From the NCBI GenBank assembly GCA_022823235.1, contig JAJDXO010000045.1, forward strand, positions 13,702 through 77,701: 64,000 nucleotides of DNA. The letters run 5' to 3'. The notes under the pieces are model-generated. The model was not told the DNA's origin. It was given only the letters and a program-made list of their open reading frames with translations, and searched no databases. How positions within the stretch are numbered: position 1 is the stretch's first letter; every line of letters starts with the position of its first letter. Below, piece after piece: positions 57,411-64,000 of this stretch. Source of the stretch: Rhodospirillales bacterium. Lineage in GTDB: Bacteria; Pseudomonadota; Alphaproteobacteria; Rhodospirillales; UBA2165. The position numbers were made by a program, and so were the translations under genes.

Positions 57411-58415
57411 CTATTTCAGGAAGCCGAGCTTGGTCATGAGTTCCTTGACGACCTTTTCCTGATCCACCAGGAAGGCGGTGAAATCCTTGCCTGAATTGTG
57501 GATATCGACCCAACCGTTGCGGTCGCGCACGGCCTTCCATTCCGGCGTGGCGTACATGGCCGCGATGGCTTTCCGGTACTGGTCCGCCTTGTCCTTCGGC
57601 AGGCCCGGCGCCGCGAAGAATCCGCGCCAGTTGACGAAGGTGGTGTCGAAGCCCTGCTCCTTGAGGGTCGGCGCGTCCTTGAACGCAGGCACCCGCTCCG
57701 GCGACGTGACGGCGAGAATGCGCATCTCACCGGCCTTCGCCAAAGCAACGGCCTCGGAGAAACCGGTCGATCCCGCGGCAACTTCGCCGGACAGGATCGC
57801 CGCATTCAGCTTTCCGCCCGCATCGAACGGAATGTACTTGACCTTGGTCGGATCGGCTCCAGCCGACTGAAAGGCCATGGCGGCGACCAGGTGGTCCATG
57901 CCGCCGGGCACCGACCCGCCGCCGACGGAGACCTTGCGCGGGTTTGCCTTGTACGCGGCCACCAGATCCTTGAAGTCCTTAAACGGGCTGTTCTTGCCGG
58001 TAATGATCGCCGCGTAGTCGCCGATGGTTCCGGCAATCATCGTCAGATCGCGGAAATTGTGCGGGAACCGGCCAACCAGCGAGCGGATGACGATGGGCGT
58101 GGAGTTGACCATCAGCGTGCCGTGGTTGGACGCGGCATTCTCGATCAGGAAGCCGATGGCCTTGCCGCCGCCGCCGCCCGACATGTTTTCGTAGGAAGCG
58201 GACCCGACGATGCCCGCTTTGGTCAGGGCTTCGCCGGTGCCGCGCGCAGTACCGTCCCAGCCGCCGCCGGCGCCGCCGGGGATCAGGAAATGTACCTTGT
58301 CGAGAACCTTCTCGGCCGCCTGGGCACCATTGGCCAGCACGGAAATCGAGAGTCCGACGGCCGCAACCGCACCGACGAACAAATGGGTATATACACGTGA
58401 ATTAGCTTTGAGCAT
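57411..58415 (-). CDS. tctC: Tripartite tricarboxylate transporter substrate-binding protein TctC (Bug family)
   Basis: 334 aa. Signal peptide, then PGGAGGGWDGTAR and ENMSGGGG motifs typical of TctC/Bug SBPs. Confidence 0.85.
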   Translation of the reverse strand: MLKANSRVYTHLFVGAVAAVGLSISVLANGAQAAEKVLDKVHFLIPGGAGGGWDGTARGTGEALTKAGIVGSASYENMSGGGGGKAIGFLIENAASNHGTLMVNSTPIVIRSLVGRFPHNFRDLTMIAGTIGDYAAIITGKNSPFKDFKDLVAAYKANPRKVSVGGGSVPGGMDHLVAAMAFQSAGADPTKVKYIPFDAGGKLNAAILSGEVAAGSTGFSEAVALAKAGEMRILAVTSPERVPAFKDAPTLKEQGFDTTFVNWRGFFAAPGLPKDKADQYRKAIAAMYATPEWKAVRDRNGWVDIHNSGKDFTAFLVDQEKVVKELMTKLGFLK

Positions 58416-58500
58416 CGCTCTCTCCTGTTGGACGAATTTTATTATTTGCCACGAGACCCGACCGCAAACGGACTGGCCCTGGTTCGGACATTAGCGCCTG

Positions 58501-58520
58501 AACCTGTCATCAACCTGTCA
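58501..58520. promoter_or_regulatory. Tandem direct repeat AACCTGTCA-tc-AACCTGTCA (11-bp period) upstream of tctC
   Basis: Read directly. It lies 86-105 nt upstream of the tctC start codon. A direct repeat at one helical turn is the usual geometry of OmpR/PhoB-family response-regulator sites. Assignment to the adjacent TctD-like regulator is inference. Confidence 0.4.
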
Positions 58521-58543
58521 GAATGAAAGAATTCAGCGGCCGT

Positions 58544-59647
58544 CTAACGGCCGGTCAGCGCTTTTTCCCAGGTATCGATCATTCTGGCGCGCTTGAACTG
58601 ATCGAGGTAGACCAGCAATCCGGGGCCCACCTTGACCGGCCGAAGACTGGCCCCCGCTTCCGCTTGCATGTTGGCCGCCGTCCTGGGGCCGGTCACCCGC
58701 GTGTGGATGGAGTTGAGCCCGGACTGTTCGGACAAGACCCGTTGGCCGCGTTCGGACAGCAGATAGTCCAGGAACAGCTTGCCGGTTTCGGGCGAGCGCG
58801 CCTTGCGGGGAATGAGTGCGATGCGCGACAATACCACCGTAAAGTCGGTGGGCAGGATGACGCCGATCGCCGGATCCCGCTCCGCCCGGCTTGCCGCATA
58901 GGTTCCCAGCACATTGTAGCCAAGCACGATTTTCCCCGTGCTGAGTTGATCGAGTATGGCGGCGGATTTCGAAAATAGTTTAACGCTGTTCCTTCCCATG
59001 GCCCGGACCAGATTCCAGGTCGCGCTGTAATGTTCCTGGTCACGGGCGAGAGCAAAGAAACCGAACCCGCTCCGCTCGATATCGTAGGTCGCAACCTTGC
59101 CGAAAAACTCGGAATTGGGACTGCTCAGCGCTTCGGCGAGGCCGGTGCGGGTGGTCGGCACTTCCCGGCCCCGGAAGTACGTTTTGTTATAGACGATCAC
59201 CACCGGCTCAAAGGTTACGCCGAACGCCTCGTTCCGCCAATTGGCCCATGACGGCAAGCCATCGACGGATTCGGCCTTGTGGGGCTGGGCGTAGCCGTCG
59301 TTGGCCAGTTTCATCTGGAGATCCATCACGGAACTGAAGGCCAGATCGGCCGTTACGCCAGGGCCGTCCGATTCCTCGATAATTCGCTGGTAAAGCACCT
59401 GGCTCTGGATGTCGTGGTATCGGACCGTGATATCCGCCCAGAGCTTCCGGAAATCCTCGATCAACGGCCGCGCCGCCTCGATATCCGTCGTGCTGTAGAC
59501 CACGAGGGTTCGGCCCCCGCTCCGGCCGGGGAACTCGTAACTCTGGGCATGCGCCGGCAACGGATGCGAAAGAAGCGCGGCCAAGAGCGGCACGAACACG
59601 GCAAAAACGGCGGATTTAGTCACGTTCCAGCATCCAGCTTCACTCAC
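58544..59647 (-). CDS. Periplasmic solute-binding protein (ferric-ion/FbpA-like ABC SBP family 1) with no cognate permease or ATPase genes nearby
   Basis: 367 aa. Signal peptide ...LLSHPLPAHAQ. The TLVVYSTTDIEAARPLIEDF start of the mature protein is typical of FbpA-like SBPs. The start may be GTG at 59620. Confidence 0.7.
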   Translation of the reverse strand: MSEAGCWNVTKSAVFAVFVPLLAALLSHPLPAHAQSYEFPGRSGGRTLVVYSTTDIEAARPLIEDFRKLWADITVRYHDIQSQVLYQRIIEESDGPGVTADLAFSSVMDLQMKLANDGYAQPHKAESVDGLPSWANWRNEAFGVTFEPVVIVYNKTYFRGREVPTTRTGLAEALSSPNSEFFGKVATYDIERSGFGFFALARDQEHYSATWNLVRAMGRNSVKLFSKSAAILDQLSTGKIVLGYNVLGTYAASRAERDPAIGVILPTDFTVVLSRIALIPRKARSPETGKLFLDYLLSERGQRVLSEQSGLNSIHTRVTGPRTAANMQAEAGASLRPVKVGPGLLVYLDQFKRARMIDTWEKALTGR

Positions 59648-59673
59648 AATCGGACTTATATTACCGTTCTCGC

Positions 59674-60339
59674 ATGCGGGTGATGATCGTTGAAGACAAT
59701 TCTGCGCTGGCGGACGGCCTGTCCCGGGCCCTCGCGGGCATGGGGATGGCCGTTGACCGGATTGACGACGGCGAAGAGGCGGATGCGGTCCTCTCTCATC
59801 AGGCCTATGATCTGGTCGTCCTGGACCTCAACCTGCCCGGTGTGGACGGCCTGGAAATCCTCACCCGCATGCGCCGCCGGGGTGACGATGCCCAGGTCCT
59901 GATCCTCACCGCCCGCGACGAGGTCAAGGACCGGGTGGCCGGACTGGACAGGGGTGCGGACGACTATCTGACCAAACCGTTCGATCTGCCGGAACTGGAG
60001 GCTCGCGTAAGGGCTCTCTTGCGGCGGCGCACCGCCAACAGTTCGCCAACCATCGTTCACGGCCCCCTCAAATTCGACACCGTGGCCCGGCGCGCCTGGA
60101 TCGACGACGACCCCCTGGAGCTTACGCGGCGGGAACTCAGCCTGCTTCAACTGCTTCTCGGTCACGCCGGCGAGGTCATGGGCAAGGATCAGATTGCGGA
60201 TGGCCTGGCGGGATTCGATCACGACGTCAGCCCCAATGCGGTCGAGACCCAGATCAGCCGGCTCAGGAAACGCCTGAGGCCCGCCGGGATCGATATCCGA
60301 ACGATCCGCGGGCTCGGATATCTGCTGGAGAATCCATGA
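59674..60339 (+). CDS. tctD: OmpR/PhoB-family response regulator (TctD-like)
   Basis: 221 aa. Receiver domain (DLVVLDLNLPGVDG, LTARD, KPF) plus a winged-helix output (IRTIRGLGYLL). The symbol is assigned by context with tctCBA only. Confidence 0.8.
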   Translation: MRVMIVEDNSALADGLSRALAGMGMAVDRIDDGEEADAVLSHQAYDLVVLDLNLPGVDGLEILTRMRRRGDDAQVLILTARDEVKDRVAGLDRGADDYLTKPFDLPELEARVRALLRRRTANSSPTIVHGPLKFDTVARRAWIDDDPLELTRRELSLLQLLLGHAGEVMGKDQIADGLAGFDHDVSPNAVETQISRLRKRLRPAGIDIRTIRGLGYLLENP

Positions 60340-61733
60340 GCTGGCGCAACCGTTCGCTCAGACGCCGCCTGGCGTTCTGGATAATCGTCCCGCTGGCTTT
60401 CGTCAGCCTGTTTCTGCTGCTGGACGTTCGGGAGAATTCCCGCCGGGCCGCGAACGAGGTGTTCGACCGGGTGCTTCTCGGTTCGGCGCTGGCCATCGCC
60501 GAACGAGTGGTCATCGACGGTGATGAAATCGTTGTCGATGTCCCCTATGTCGCCTTGGAAATGTTGACGTCCGCCGCCCAGGATCGGGTGTTCTATCAGG
60601 TGTCGAAGAGCGACAGGCAGTTCATCACCGGCTATTCGGACCTCCCGAGCATCCCCGATCATCTGGCTGGCGCCGGTGACCAGCCGGTATTTTACGATGC
60701 CGAATACAAGGGATCGCAGGTCCGTGTCGGCGCGGTTTCCCGGTTTCTGTCGAGTTCGCGTCTGTCGACCCGGGTGACCATAAAGGTGGCGGAAACCGTG
60801 GGGGCGCGGAATGCGCTGATCGGAGAGCTCATCCGCGACGCCGCCTTGAGGCTCTCCTTGATCATCATCGTCGCCGCGCTGATCGTGTGGTTTGGGCTAT
60901 CCCGTGGCCTGAAGCCGCTGGAAACGCTCGAGCAAGCCATCAATCGCCGGAACAGAGAGGACCTCCGGCCCATAGAGCACGAGGTTCCCTACGAGGTGCG
61001 GAACCTGGTCGCCTCGATCAATCAGCTGATGGAACGGCTGGCGCGAAGTATTGGGGCGATGCAGCGCTTTACGGCAAATGCCGCTCATCAACTCAGGACG
61101 CCGATGGCGGCCATCAAGACCCAGACCGAGTTGGCGCTCAAGGAGAACGACCCCGCCGAAACCCAGAAGACCCTTGCCCACTTGCATGAATCGGCCGAAC
61201 AGACCACGCGGCTCATCAATCAGTTGATGAGCCTGTCCCGTGCGGCCCCGACCGAGGGCGGGCCTCAGGGCGAGGAGTTCGATATTCGGGCGCTGTGCGT
61301 CGAAATCACCCGGGAAATGGTGCCCGCGGCGCTGGCCAAGAACATCGATTTGGGCTTCGAGGGTTCCGACGAACCGATTCCGCTGAAGGGTGATCGAACC
61401 CTCTTCGAGGAACTGGTCAAGAATCTGATCGACAATACGCTGTCGTACTGTCCCTCGGGGACACGGTCGTCGGTCAGGCTCTCCAACGGCTCGGGCGAAG
61501 TAATCCTCGAGGTGGAGGATGACGGTCCGGGCATTCCGGCGGAGGAACGGGAGAGGGTTTTCGAGCGGTTCTACCGATCCGACGCGTCCAACGCGCCGGG
61601 GTGCGGGCTCGGATTGTCGATCGTCCGTGAAATCGCCCGAAGCCACGACGGCGACGCGATCATCGTTCCGCGAAGCGAGCCGGGCGGAACCCTCGTCCGG
61701 GTGTCCCTCGCTCAATCCGCGGAAGCGCCGTAG
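60336..61733 (+). CDS. tctE: Sensor histidine kinase (TctE-like, 2CSK_N-type periplasmic domain)
   Basis: 465 aa. Two TM helices flank a periplasmic domain. H-box FTANAAHQLRTPMAAI. ATPase motifs DDGPGIP and GCGLGLSIV. ATGA overlap with the regulator gene. Confidence 0.8.
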   Translation: MSWRNRSLRRRLAFWIIVPLAFVSLFLLLDVRENSRRAANEVFDRVLLGSALAIAERVVIDGDEIVVDVPYVALEMLTSAAQDRVFYQVSKSDRQFITGYSDLPSIPDHLAGAGDQPVFYDAEYKGSQVRVGAVSRFLSSSRLSTRVTIKVAETVGARNALIGELIRDAALRLSLIIIVAALIVWFGLSRGLKPLETLEQAINRRNREDLRPIEHEVPYEVRNLVASINQLMERLARSIGAMQRFTANAAHQLRTPMAAIKTQTELALKENDPAETQKTLAHLHESAEQTTRLINQLMSLSRAAPTEGGPQGEEFDIRALCVEITREMVPAALAKNIDLGFEGSDEPIPLKGDRTLFEELVKNLIDNTLSYCPSGTRSSVRLSNGSGEVILEVEDDGPGIPAEERERVFERFYRSDASNAPGCGLGLSIVREIARSHDGDAIIVPRSEPGGTLVRVSLAQSAEAP

Positions 61734-62518
61734 GTCCACCGGTATCGGGGCGGGGTCGGGCCCTTGTTGCGTCCGCCCTGCCGGGACTGTTCCCAAGCGT
61801 GTGCCAGGATGCCGACGCCGCGTGACAGGCAGAAAAACCCGCGCGCGAGTTTCGGCGGACAACCGAGCTCGCCGAAGACGACCGCGGTCGCCCCGTCTAT
61901 ATTCATCGGGACCGGCTTGCCTTTCCGGTCCGCCAAATATCGCTCGACCGCCCGGCCGATCGCCGCGTAGCGGCCGGACACATGCCCTTCGGCGGATGCC
62001 TCGTCCACCAACCCCAACAGGCGGGGCGCCCTCGGGTCCACCGGCGTGTGGAACCGATGGCCGAAACCGGGAACATAGGGGTCCCGCTCGCGTTGCCATG
62101 CGGCAATCCGATCCGCGACAATGTCGTCGAGATTATTTCCTCCGCCCGCAAGTTCGTCGATTTCATCGTAGAGGTCGACGGCCTGCTCTCCGGCACCGCC
62201 GTGAACGTCGCCCAGGACGTTTATCCCGCTTGCCATGGCGTTGTTGATGTCGACTCCGCAGGTCATCGCCATCCGGGCGATCGCGATCGACGGCGCCTGC
62301 GGACCATGATCGACGGCCGCCACCAATGCGGCCTCGAAAAGCGTGGCCTGTTCGGCGGAAAGTTCGCGGCCCGTGGCCATGAACCAGATCATCTGGGGAA
62401 ACGAGAAGCGGCCGATAAGCTGCTGTATGGGGCGTCCCCGAATGTCGATCCGGCCGGGCTCCATATCGATGATCGATGTCCGCCACCAGTCCGAGACGTC
62501 GTTCGACCGAGCATTCAT
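61712..62518 (-). CDS. Citrate-synthase-fold protein, citryl-CoA lyase-like (short form)
   Basis: Start at MNARSNDVSDWWRTSIIDMEPG (ATG 62516-62518, ATGA overlap with the CoA-transferase stop). HGGAGE and GFGHRFH motifs of the citrate synthase family. 268 aa. The longer track ORF (to 63160) is rejected. Confidence 0.7.
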   Translation of the reverse strand: MNARSNDVSDWWRTSIIDMEPGRIDIRGRPIQQLIGRFSFPQMIWFMATGRELSAEQATLFEAALVAAVDHGPQAPSIAIARMAMTCGVDINNAMASGINVLGDVHGGAGEQAVDLYDEIDELAGGGNNLDDIVADRIAAWQRERDPYVPGFGHRFHTPVDPRAPRLLGLVDEASAEGHVSGRYAAIGRAVERYLADRKGKPVPMNIDGATAVVFGELGCPPKLARGFFCLSRGVGILAHAWEQSRQGGRNKGPTPPRYRWTYGASAD

Positions 62519-63705
62519 ATCACTCCCTCCGCCCGGAGCGCGTCGACCGCCTCGACGTCCAACCCCAGGCTGCCGTAAATCTCGCCGTTGTGCTGGCCGA
62601 GCATGGGGGGCGGATCGTCGACCCTTGGCGCTTCGCCGTCCAGCTTGACCCCGGTTCCGACCACCCGGATATCGCGGCCGACACCCGGCACATTCTCGAA
62701 TTTTCCCAGCATGCCCCGGGACGCGATGACCTCGTGCTCCAGAACCGTTTCCACGTCGAGCACCGCGCCCGATGGAACACCGAGCCGATTGAGCTCCTCG
62801 ACCCATTCCCGGGCCGGCCGCGTCTTCAGGGTCTTTTCGATTTGCTCCGTCAGGTCCGCCCGGTTGCGTTTGCGGGCTTCCCGGGTCGCGAATTGCGGAT
62901 CCCCGGTCAACTCCTCCCGCCCGAGATGCCGTGCCAGAATGCGCCATTGCTCTTCCTTGTTGGCGGCAATGTTGATGGGCGCATCCGCGGCCTGAAACGT
63001 GCCCGATGGCGATGACGTGATGTTGTCGTTGCCGTGGGCGCCGGGATGGACGCCGGCAATCAACCAGTTGGAGATGACCCATCCGGTTGTCGCCAAAACC
63101 GATTCCAGCATCGAGACATCGATGAACGTCCCTTGGTCCCGATTGTTGAGCGCCGCGCACACGGCCATCGCCGCGGTGAGACCGCCGACGGTATCGGCGA
63201 TCGGGTAGCCGACGCGAAACGGTCCGGACCGATCGTCACCGGTGATCGACATGATGCCCGACGCGCCCTGGATGATCTGGTCATAGGCGGGCCGGTCCGC
63301 CCAGGGCCCATCCTGGCCGAAACCCGAGATGGCGGCATAAACGAGTTTGGGATTGACTTCCCTGAGCACCGGCCATCCGAGATCCAGCCGGTCCATGACG
63401 CCGGGCCGGAAATTCTCGACCAGGACGTGAGCGCCGCCGACCAGCCGTTTCAGAAGGTCCTTGCCGCGGGGATCCTTGAGATTAAGGGTAATCGACTTCT
63501 TGCCCGCATTTTGCGCGAGGAACGATACGCCCATCCGCCGGTCGTTGAGTTCGGGATCGCCGCCCAATTGACGCGCAAGATCGCCCCGGCCCGCCGCCTC
63601 CACCTTGATGACTTCGGCGCCGAGGTGGGCAAGCTGATGGCAGCAGAAAGGGCCGGCCAATACGTTGGTCAGGTCGAGAACCCGAATCTTCCCGAGCGGT
63701 TTCAC
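62515..63705 (-). CDS. Family III (CaiB/BaiF) CoA-transferase
   Basis: 396 aa starting MKPLGKIRVLDLTNVLAGPFCCHQLAHLGAEVIKVE, the family III signature N-terminus. Confidence 0.88.
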   Translation of the reverse strand: MKPLGKIRVLDLTNVLAGPFCCHQLAHLGAEVIKVEAAGRGDLARQLGGDPELNDRRMGVSFLAQNAGKKSITLNLKDPRGKDLLKRLVGGAHVLVENFRPGVMDRLDLGWPVLREVNPKLVYAAISGFGQDGPWADRPAYDQIIQGASGIMSITGDDRSGPFRVGYPIADTVGGLTAAMAVCAALNNRDQGTFIDVSMLESVLATTGWVISNWLIAGVHPGAHGNDNITSSPSGTFQAADAPINIAANKEEQWRILARHLGREELTGDPQFATREARKRNRADLTEQIEKTLKTRPAREWVEELNRLGVPSGAVLDVETVLEHEVIASRGMLGKFENVPGVGRDIRVVGTGVKLDGEAPRVDDPPPMLGQHNGEIYGSLGLDVEAVDALRAEGVI

Positions 63706-63773
63706 GACGGCACGTTCATGAGCTGTATCCCCCTCGATAGCCTATTGCGCCGCGGCGGTCGCGCAAGTTAAAT

Positions 63774-63797
63774 AGAATTAAATTCTGTCAGACAGAA
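63774..63797. promoter_or_regulatory. Two overlapping perfect palindromes: AGAATTAAATTCT (63774-63786) and TTCTGTCAGACAGAA (63783-63797)
   Basis: Read directly in the 109-bp divergent region between the CoA-transferase and IclR genes, 18 nt upstream of the iclR ATG. A candidate IclR operator. Confidence 0.45.
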
Positions 63798-63814
63798 CAT
63801 TTGATCGAGGACAC

Positions 63815-64000
63815 ATGGCACAGGATCGGGTAGAGGCGGTCGAAAGGGCGCTATCGATACTCGAGGCATTCGGAGAGACGCGCGCCGAGCTCACGCTGAC
63901 GGAAATCGCCGAAGAAACGGGGCTCTACAAGAGCACGATCCTGCGGCTGGCCGCGTCGCTTGGCCGATACGGCTACCTGGTTCGCGATGACAAGGGCCTG
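63815..64000 (+). CDS. IclR-family transcriptional regulator, N-terminal 62 codons (runs off the right edge)
   Basis: MAQDRVEAVERALSILEAFGETRAELTLTEIAEETGLYKSTILRLAASLGRYGYL, the typical IclR HTH N-terminus. Absent from the ORF track because it is truncated. Confidence 0.85.
   Translation, partial: MAQDRVEAVERALSILEAFGETRAELTLTEIAEETGLYKSTILRLAASLGRYGYLVRDDKGL

Noticed and set aside
61712-63160. 482-aa ORF spanning the lyase-like gene and half of the CoA-transferase gene.
   Set aside because: The N-terminal ~214 residues are Arg/Gly-rich and lie in an alternative frame of the well-supported CaiB-type gene. The real gene starts at ATG 62516-62518 (MNARSN...), forming an ATGA overlap with the transferase stop.
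1-64000. A mobile element, prophage, genomic island, defence system, CRISPR array, tRNA or rRNA anywhere in the window.
   Set aside because: I saw no transposase, integrase, recombinase, reverse transcriptase, nuclease-helicase defence gene, repeat-spacer array or tRNA-like cloverleaf candidate. The composition looks uniform except for short AT-rich promoter islands. The only sign of rearrangement is the carbonic-anhydrase relic at 55101-55256.

Overview
Visibly GC-rich, densely coding chromosomal core region of alphaproteobacterial type (inferred from gene content and order). I call about 62 protein genes. I saw no rRNA, tRNA, CRISPR array, transposase, integrase or phage genes. Left to right: sdhA (5' end only)-sdhD-sdhC; a 1.26-kb gene-free gap; a TRAP transporter with a MetE-like protein and an LLM monooxygenase; asd; leuB-leuD-leuC; rplS-trmD-rimM-rpsP-ffh (all minus strand); dapF-mtaB-ftsY; NUDIX; pgk; DUF1223; acnA; MFS and BenE-type transporters; a small amidohydrolase/DinB/SDR group; a His-rich cupredoxin-like protein and a QueG/RdhA-like Fe-S protein; a contiguous ccmABCDEFGHI cluster; an aminotransferase plus HpaB-family oxygenase, MarR, an ICL/PEPM-family enzyme and a second TRAP system; a lipoprotein; AbrB-family membrane protein; acyl-CoA synthetase; the four-gene Anbu operon (circularly permuted ATP-grasp, alpha-E, transglutaminase, Anbu peptidase); tctCBA, an orphan solute-binding protein and a TctDE-like two-component system; a CoA-transferase and citryl-CoA-lyase-like pair with a divergent IclR. 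Most of the window is ordinary housekeeping DNA and I found no clear novel multi-gene system. Items worth a second look: (1) the gene-free GC-rich block at about 1260-1930, with serial TTCG-capped hairpins, next to an AT-rich island carrying DnaA-box 9-mers; (2) an exact 15-nt motif TAGAGCAGTTTC[C/G]GG recurring at three stop codons, plus one variant; (3) an orphan plus-strand intrinsic terminator with C-rich hairpins at 29930-30058, a candidate sRNA; (4) long acidic Glu/Ala/Pro tails on both S16 and L19; (5) the functionally unresolved Anbu operon; (6) a beta-carbonic-anhydrase gene relic; (7) several candidate operators. All functional calls rest on motifs read from the translations. No database search was possible.
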